Position numbers and translations under genes: made by a program. The notes beneath the pieces were generated by a model. That model was given only the letters and a program-made list of their open reading frames with translations. It was not told the DNA's origin and made no database searches. Of a DNA stretch of 64,000 nucleotides, positions 58,055-64,000 are shown in pieces (the stretch's first letter is position 1; every line of letters starts with the position of its first letter). The stretch is from contig CBDCDC010000002.1 in the NCBI GenBank assembly GCA_965215195.1, positions 1,472,001-1,536,000 of the forward strand. The letters run 5' to 3'. The DNA is from Candidatus Latescibacterota bacterium (GTDB taxonomy: Bacteria > Latescibacterota > UBA2968 > UBA8231).

Positions 58055-59055
58055 ATGAACCGCCCCCCCACAGCATTCAAACGCATTGCCGCCGCCGACC
58101 TCAGAGCCTTTGGCACGGCCTGCCTCCGCGCCGCGGGCATGTCCGCCGCACACGCCGCCCAGTTGGCCGACCTGCTGACCAATTCGGACTTGCGCGGTGT
58201 GCGCTCGCACGGCACCCGCGCCCTGTACGGGTATTGCTGCACACTCCGCGACAAAAAGGCCAATCCCGACCCAGACATCCGCGTCCTGCGCGAAAGCGAC
58301 ACCCACGTCTTTGTCGATGGCGATGGCAGCCTCGGTACGCGCCGACCATGCTGGCCACAGAACGCGCCATCGCCAAGGCCAAGGAAAAGGGCCTCGCCGT
58401 CGGCGCGGCCTGCCACATCGGGCACTACGGCTCGGCCGGGCACTACGTGCGCCGCGCCATGGCGGAAAACTGCGTGGGCTTCTCAGTGCAAGCGTCCTAT
58501 CCCCAGTACTACCCCAGCAACGACGGCAAGCGCGCCGCCCACTACGGCAACCCGCCCTTGTGCTTTGGCCTGCCCGGGCAAGACGGGCCACCAGTGGTGC
58601 TCGACGTGGCCACCTGCATCCTCGCCGACTACCAGCACGGCGAGCCGATCGAAGCCATTGAAGAGCTAATCCCGGCGGCCTTCTTCAAGTCCATGGGCTA
58701 CACCGCAGTCGCCACCCTGCTCGGCGGAGCTTTTGTCGGTCAAGGAGATGACCGCGCCGGCGAGGTTGCCGCGCAATGGCCGGCCGCGCGCATGGGCAGC
58801 TTAATCCTCGTCCTCGACTTGGGCCTCTTCGCGCCCGCTCCGCAAGTGCGCCACGGCGTCGATGAGCTGGTGCGTCTAGCGAGCAAGCAGATGATTCCGC
58901 TGCGCGGGTACCGCGAAGTCACCCTGCCCGGCACGCCCGAACACCGCAACGAGGAAGCGTACGCACGCGATGGCGTACCCGTCGGCTTAGAGGATGCTGA
59001 GCGCCTAGCCGAGTGCGGCCGGGCCTTTGGCGTCGCGCCCCCGTGGCTGGACTAA
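58055..59055 (+). pseudogene. Ldh_2 (malate/L-lactate dehydrogenase type 2) family oxidoreductase, frameshifted at about 58335
   Basis: DLRGVRSHG, VDGDGSLG then continues in another frame YAPTM...HIGHYG...GNPP...LDVAT...LPG. Confidence 0.8.
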
Positions 59056-59101
59056 GGCCGCGCCGGTTTCTACCTTAACGAACCGCAAAAAGGAGATTTC
59101 C

Positions 59102-59968
59102 ATGAGCCTGACGCCCGCGCGCCACGCCCAGCTCAAGCGCTATGCCATCCAGCTGCGCCGCCTCGTCGTCGAGTCGGTACACCGCGCTGGGGCCGGCCAC
59201 TTGGGCGGCCCCATGTCCGCAGCCGAGTTGCTCATCGCCCTGTACTTCGCCGAACTGAACATCGACCCGGCCCGGCCCCGCGACGAAGGCCGCGATCGCT
59301 TCATCCTGTCCAAGGGGCACTCCTCGATCGGCCTGTACGCGGCCTTGGCCCTGCGCGGCTATTTGCCCATTGAGGAGCTCGCCACCTTTGACGCCATTGA
59401 CTCTCGCCTACAGGGGCACCCGGACATGAGCGTTCTCCCCGGCCTCGACATGTCCACTGGCTCGCTGGGCCAGGGCCTGTCGCCCGGCCTCGGCATGGCC
59501 CTCGCCGCCCGTTTGAAGGGGCAGGACTTTCGCACTTGGGTGATGATCGGCGATGGCGACTCGCAGGAGGGGCAGATCTGGGAGGCGGCCTTTGTCGCGG
59601 CGCGCTACGGGCTCGACAATCTCACCGCCATCCTCGACTGGAACGGCCTCCAGCAATACGGCTGGGCCACTGAAAAGGGCTACGGCGCGCTCGACCGCTT
59701 GGCAGCGCAGGAAAATCCACTCAGCCGCTGGCGCGCCTTTGGCTGGAACGCCATCGAGACCGATGGACACGACTTCCCCGCCATTTTCGCGGCCTTTGCC
59801 TCAGCCAAAGCGCACCGCGGCCAACCCACCATCATCGTCGCCCGCACGGTCAAGGGCAAGGGGATCTCCTACATGGAAAACGACTTCAACTGGCACTCCA
59901 AACCAGTGACCGACCAAGACCTCAAACAAGCGCAAATCGAGCTCGCCGCGCAGGAGGCTGCCCTGTGA
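59102..59968 (+). CDS. Transketolase, N-terminal (TPP-binding) subunit
   Basis: GHLGG, DRFILSKGH, LQGHP, TGSLGQG, GDGD.QEG. Confidence 0.93.
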   Translation: MSLTPARHAQLKRYAIQLRRLVVESVHRAGAGHLGGPMSAAELLIALYFAELNIDPARPRDEGRDRFILSKGHSSIGLYAALALRGYLPIEELATFDAIDSRLQGHPDMSVLPGLDMSTGSLGQGLSPGLGMALAARLKGQDFRTWVMIGDGDSQEGQIWEAAFVAARYGLDNLTAILDWNGLQQYGWATEKGYGALDRLAAQENPLSRWRAFGWNAIETDGHDFPAIFAAFASAKAHRGQPTIIVARTVKGKGISYMENDFNWHSKPVTDQDLKQAQIELAAQEAAL

Positions 59969-60912
59969 ACCTGTCCACCACCGGCGAGATGCTGGCCCAG
60001 CGCGACGCTTTTGGCGACGCGCTCATCGAGCTCATCGACCGCGACCCGCGCGTGTACGTGCTCGACGGCGACTTGGCCAACTCGACCAAGGCCGACAAAG
60101 TCTCCCGCGAGCGGCCCGACCGCTTCCTCGAAATGGGCATTGCCGAGCAAAACATGATGGGCGTTGCCGCCGGCATGGCCACCTGCGGGCTCGTGCCGTG
60201 GCTGAGCAGCTTCGCCTGCTTCCTCGTCAACCGCGACCTCGATCAGCTCCGCGTCGTCGTGGCCCAGCCCAACCTGCCGGTCAAGCTCTGCGGCGCCTAC
60301 TCGGGCCTGTTGACCGGCAAAACCGGCAAAACCCATCAAGAAGTCGCCGACATCTCGGTCATGCGGGCCATGCCGAATATGACCGTTTTGGCCCCGGCCG
60401 ACGCCGTAGAGGTCCGCGCCTGTATGCTGGCGGCCAACGACCTGCCCGGCCCGGTGTACGTGCGCATGACGCGCGACCCGGAGCCGGTCATCTTTCCGGC
60501 CGACTACGAGTTTGCGCTGGGCCGCGCCTTTGTCGTGCGCGAGGGCGCGGACGTCGCCCTCATATCCACCGGGGCCCAAACCCCGCGCTGCCTCGCCGCG
60601 GCCGACGAATTGGCGCACGACGGGATCTCGGCGCTCGTCCTGCACGTGCCCACCCTCAAGCCGCTCGACGCAGACGCCATTGTCGCCGCGGCCGCGCAGA
60701 CCGGCCGCGTAGTAACGGCCGAAGACCACACGATCATCGGCGGCTTGGGCGGCGCAGTCGCCGAAGTGCTGGGCGAGCGACGTCCCACGCCCATGCAGCG
60801 CGTCGGCATCCGCGACGTATTCGGCGAATCCGCACCCAACGAGGATCTGCTGCAAAAATACGGCCTGACCCCCGGGCACGTCGCCCAAGCGGCGCGGGCG
60901 CTGCTCTCTTGA
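59965..60912 (+). CDS. Transketolase, C-terminal subunit
   Basis: GIAEQNM, GKTHQ, LKPLD, EDH...GGLG. Confidence 0.93.
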   Translation: MNLSTTGEMLAQRDAFGDALIELIDRDPRVYVLDGDLANSTKADKVSRERPDRFLEMGIAEQNMMGVAAGMATCGLVPWLSSFACFLVNRDLDQLRVVVAQPNLPVKLCGAYSGLLTGKTGKTHQEVADISVMRAMPNMTVLAPADAVEVRACMLAANDLPGPVYVRMTRDPEPVIFPADYEFALGRAFVVREGADVALISTGAQTPRCLAAADELAHDGISALVLHVPTLKPLDADAIVAAAAQTGRVVTAEDHTIIGGLGGAVAEVLGERRPTPMQRVGIRDVFGESAPNEDLLQKYGLTPGHVAQAARALLS

Positions 60913-61044
60913 CCGTCGCATCCAAATATCCGTAATTACATGAGACTCATTTACCGCAACCGATAACCACGAGCTGCTGATGACGCGACATACTGGGTTT
61001 ACTTCAGGGTGTTTGTTCGCCAGCACAAGCTCATGCGATTCACT

Positions 61045-61078
61045 AGAGTGCATCATCTCAGATGCACTCTTTTTCTTT
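61045..61078 (+). terminator. Intrinsic terminator
   Basis: AGAGTGCATC-ATCTCA-GATGCACTCT-TTTTCTTT. Confidence 0.65.
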
Positions 61079-61107
61079 GGCCGATGCCACGGGAAACGAG
61101 AGGCCGT

Positions 61108-61827
61108 ATGAAAGAGGGTTTGCTGCAACTGTTGAAGCTCCAAGAAGTCGATAAAAAGCTCTTCGCGCTCAAAGAGGCGAAAAAAAAATATCCCGCTGAA
61201 ATCGACCTGTGCCGCAGGACGATAGCAGAAGCGCGGTCCGCCTTGACCGAGCTAGAGGCCGAGATCGCGGAGTTGGAAAAGCAGCAGCGGCATTGCGCAC
61301 GCGAGATCGAAAGCGGCCAGGCCACCCTGCGCGAGCGCGAAGGGCGCTTTGCCGTGGTGACCACCAACAAGGAGTACGATTCTCTCCAGCTCGAGATCGA
61401 GATTTGCAAAAAGGCCATTGCCGAGCACGAGGATCAGTTGCTCAAAGCCATTGAGGGCCTAGAGAAAAAGCAGGAGCAGATCGCCGAAGAACGAGGCACT
61501 TTTGAGGAGGTCCGCGAGGTTGAGCAAGAGCGCATCAACGAGCTCGAAGGCCAACTCGGCACCACGCAGGAGCAAATCGCCGAAGTCGCAACGAGTCGGC
61601 AGGTGGTTGCCAAAGGCATTGCGGACATCGACGCCCAACTGCTGCGTACGTACGATCGCAAGAAGGGGCGGCGCGGGATTCGCGTCGCGGCCGTGCGCAA
61701 GGAGGCTTGCGGCGCTTGCTACCACCAGATGCCCGCCCAAGTCCGCAACGAGGTCCGCATCGGCGACCGCGTCATCTACTGCGAAAGCTGCGGCACCATC
61801 ATGGTCTGGGACGAGCAGTCGGTTTGA
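61108..61827 (+). CDS. Coiled-coil C4 zinc-ribbon protein (DUF164/CT398-like)
   Basis: LLKLQEVD, NKEYDSL..EI, CGAC...CESCG. Confidence 0.88.
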   Translation: MKEGLLQLLKLQEVDKKLFALKEAKKKYPAEIDLCRRTIAEARSALTELEAEIAELEKQQRHCAREIESGQATLREREGRFAVVTTNKEYDSLQLEIEICKKAIAEHEDQLLKAIEGLEKKQEQIAEERGTFEEVREVEQERINELEGQLGTTQEQIAEVATSRQVVAKGIADIDAQLLRTYDRKKGRRGIRVAAVRKEACGACYHQMPAQVRNEVRIGDRVIYCESCGTIMVWDEQSV

Positions 61828-61831
61828 CTTT

Positions 61832-62207
61832 GGGAGGAGTAAGTCGGGCGGGCGCGCCAGCGGTCCCTAGCGGCCGCTGGTGAGGAAAGTCCGAGCTCCA
61901 CAGGACAGGATGCTGGGTAACGCCCAGGGGGGGCGACCCCACAGACAGTGCCACAGAAAACACACCGCCCAGTTTGCTGGGTAAGGTTGAAAAGGCGAGG
62001 TAAGAGCTCACCGCACCTGTGGCGACGCAGGTGGCAGGGTAAACCTCATTCGGAGCAAGGCTAAGTAGGGGAAAAGAGGTGGTCCGCCTCGCTATATTCC
62101 CGGGTAAGCCGCACCGAGGCGGTCGGGCAACCGCCGCCCCAGATGAATGCCCGCACAGCGCGCTTTGGGCGCGTAGACAGAACTCGGCTTATAGACTCAC
62201 TCCTCCC
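61832..62207 (+). ncRNA. rnpB: RNase P RNA (bacterial type A)
   Basis: GAGGAAAGTCC...AGTGCCACAGAAAA...GGTAAACC..GGAGCAAG...ACAGAACTCGGCTTA; P1 GGGAGGAGT/ACTCCTCCC. Confidence 0.95.
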
Positions 62208-62258
62208 ACACCCGGGGCCCAGCGGCTCCGGGTGATTTTTCTTTCTTTGGAGAGCTAC

Positions 62259-63359
62259 ATGTTCCCTCTGATCGCCGCGCTGGTGTTGATTGCCGCGCCG
62301 CTTTCGCCCCAGCAGCCCGAGCACTATGCAATTGAGCCGCTCGCCTCGCCGCTAGCCGAAGGCTATATCGACTGGACGCAACACGCGCTCTTTGCCTATG
62401 GCGACGGCACTGCGCCCGCGGCGATCTCCGACCCGGTGCAGCAACGGCTCCACGGGTTGCGCAATGCCCGGGACGCGGCGTTCCGCAACATGCGCGAACT
62501 AATCGGTCGGGTACGCCTCAACGCCGATACCCAACTGCAAGACGCTGGATTCGAGCGCGATTTTCAAGAACTCGCCCGCGTGGCCATTGGCTCGCAAAGC
62601 GAGGACCAAGGGCACTACCGCATCGCCGTGCGGCTGCTTCTGCTGGGCGATTTCGCGGCGGCGGTGCTGCCCCAAGTTGAGCCTATAGACCCAAGAACAC
62701 ACGACCTGAGCCCCTTCGACAACTCCCCCGCACCACCAGCCATCCCCGATTCGCTTGAGCTGCCAAGCGTCGCCGATTCCCTCGCGCCGCCAGCCACCGC
62801 CGATTCCCCCGCACCACCAGCCACCCCCGATTCGCTAACGACGCCAGCTATCACTGACTCCCTCGCGGCAGACGAACTCGTGTTTTTCGTGCCCGAGGCC
62901 CCCTACACCGGCCTGCTCATCGACGTTCGCGGACTCGGGCTGCAACCGAGCATAGCACCGCGCGTGCTCAGTACAGAAGGGTACGCGATTCACGGCGCGG
63001 CCACCGTGGAGCGCAGCCTCGCCACGGCCTACGGAGTCGTCGGCTACGACGACGACATCGACCGAGCCTACAAAAGCGAACGGCTCGGCGGGAAGGAGGC
63101 CAACCCTTTCGTCGTCCGGGCCACGGGCACGGCCGGCCGCTACTCGGGCGACGCCATCCTCGACAACTTCGATGCCGCACAGGTGTTACAGGCCGACGAG
63201 GTCGGCGACTTTTTGCGCCAAGGCCGGGTGACCTTCCTCCTCGGCCCCGCGCCAGCAGCCTTTGATTCCACCTATACCGATTCTATTTTCATATTAGAAG
63301 GAATGAAAGATGAGTTTGAGCTTTACCGAGAAATGGAACCAAGCGACGCGTCGGAATAA
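62259..63359 (+). CDS. Secreted hypothetical protein with 9-aa Pro/Ala/Asp repeats
   Basis: Signal peptide; YTGLLIDVRGLGLQPS.APR motif; PAPPATPDS-type repeats. Confidence 0.6.
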   Translation: MFPLIAALVLIAAPLSPQQPEHYAIEPLASPLAEGYIDWTQHALFAYGDGTAPAAISDPVQQRLHGLRNARDAAFRNMRELIGRVRLNADTQLQDAGFERDFQELARVAIGSQSEDQGHYRIAVRLLLLGDFAAAVLPQVEPIDPRTHDLSPFDNSPAPPAIPDSLELPSVADSLAPPATADSPAPPATPDSLTTPAITDSLAADELVFFVPEAPYTGLLIDVRGLGLQPSIAPRVLSTEGYAIHGAATVERSLATAYGVVGYDDDIDRAYKSERLGGKEANPFVVRATGTAGRYSGDAILDNFDAAQVLQADEVGDFLRQGRVTFLLGPAPAAFDSTYTDSIFILEGMKDEFELYREMEPSDASE

Positions 63360-64000
63360 CTCGCTGGTCTGCGTCGGGCTAGATACCGATCCCGTGCAGT
63401 TACCCGCCAGCGTCCGCGCCAAAGCCGATCCCGTTCTCTACTTCAACCAGCAAATCATCGACGCCACCTGCGACCTCATCTGCTGTTACAAGCCCAATTT
63501 CGCTTTCTACAGCGCCCTCGGCGCGGGCGGTTTTGCCACGCTCAAACGCACCCTCGACCACATCCCCGCCGACATCCCGGTGATCATCGACGCCAAGGTC
63601 GGCGACATGGGCAACACCGCCGAGCAATACGCCCGCGCCTTCTACGAGGTCCTCGGCTGCGACGCGCTGACGGTGACTCCCTATTTGGGCCACGACTGCG
63701 TCGCGCCCTTCACCGAATACGCAGACTGCACCACCTTTCTCGTCTGCCTGACCTCCAACCGAGGGGCCGACGACTTTCAGAAGGACCCGCTAGGCGACCG
63801 GCCCCTGTACGAGCGGGTCGTCGCCAAGGCACGCGCTTGGAACGCGGCCAACAACATCGGACTCGTCGTCGGGGCGACCCAACCAGCCGGCTTGGCCCGC
63901 GTCCGCACCCTTGCCCCAGATATGCCCTTGCTCATCCCCGGCATCGGCGCCCAAAGCGGCTGTGTGGAGCTAGCGGTCAAAAACGGCTGCAACGCTCGCG
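63310..64000 (+). CDS. pyrF: Orotidine-5'-phosphate decarboxylase, 3' end outside the window
   Basis: SLVCVGLD, YKPNFAFY, DAKVGDMGNT, TSN, GLVVGAT, LIPGIGAQ. Confidence 0.93.
   Translation, partial: MSLSFTEKWNQATRRNNSLVCVGLDTDPVQLPASVRAKADPVLYFNQQIIDATCDLICCYKPNFAFYSALGAGGFATLKRTLDHIPADIPVIIDAKVGDMGNTAEQYARAFYEVLGCDALTVTPYLGHDCVAPFTEYADCTTFLVCLTSNRGADDFQKDPLGDRPLYERVVAKARAWNAANNIGLVVGATQPAGLARVRTLAPDMPLLIPGIGAQSGCVELAVKNGCNAR

Noticed and set aside
60930-61044. Fluoride-riboswitch- or hammerhead-like motif (AACCG...GCTGATGAC) before a terminator
   Set aside because: The 5' GATGG/pseudoknot pairing and the GAAA core are absent, and the downstream gene is unrelated.
62079-62258. N-terminal extension of the 426-aa ORF
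   Set aside because: Overlaps RNase P RNA; the GGAG RBS supports the ATG at 62259.

Overview
High-GC bacterial chromosome segment. The gene repertoire (DUF4159 paralogues, CRTAC1/FG-GAP, TPR, HEAT and internalin-like LRR proteins) suggests a Latescibacterota/Poribacteria-like, possibly sponge-associated organism; this is inference only. Ordinary content includes a MacAB-like ABC exporter, speD, a two-component system, an MbnP/MbnH pair, HU, glutamate dehydrogenase, thrB, split transketolase, RNase P RNA and a partial pyrF. The highlight is a defence island at about 29.0-38.1 kb. It contains a three-gene minus-strand operon: a HigB-type toxin, a protein in which a HigA-type HTH antitoxin domain is fused in frame to TIR-APAZ, and a short prokaryotic Argonaute, i.e. 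a SPARTA system wired into a toxin-antitoxin module. This cassette lies between a Type IIG/ISP-like restriction-methylase gene and a decayed second copy of that gene's 3' end, and is surrounded by decayed TA and ATPase genes. A Rieske-cytochrome b-octaheme HAO-like operon is similarly bracketed by a 29-bp duplication of the 3' end of the upstream gene. Several REP-like palindromes, a poly-G tract and apparent single-base frameshifts are also present. All calls come from reading motifs by eye; no database searches were run.
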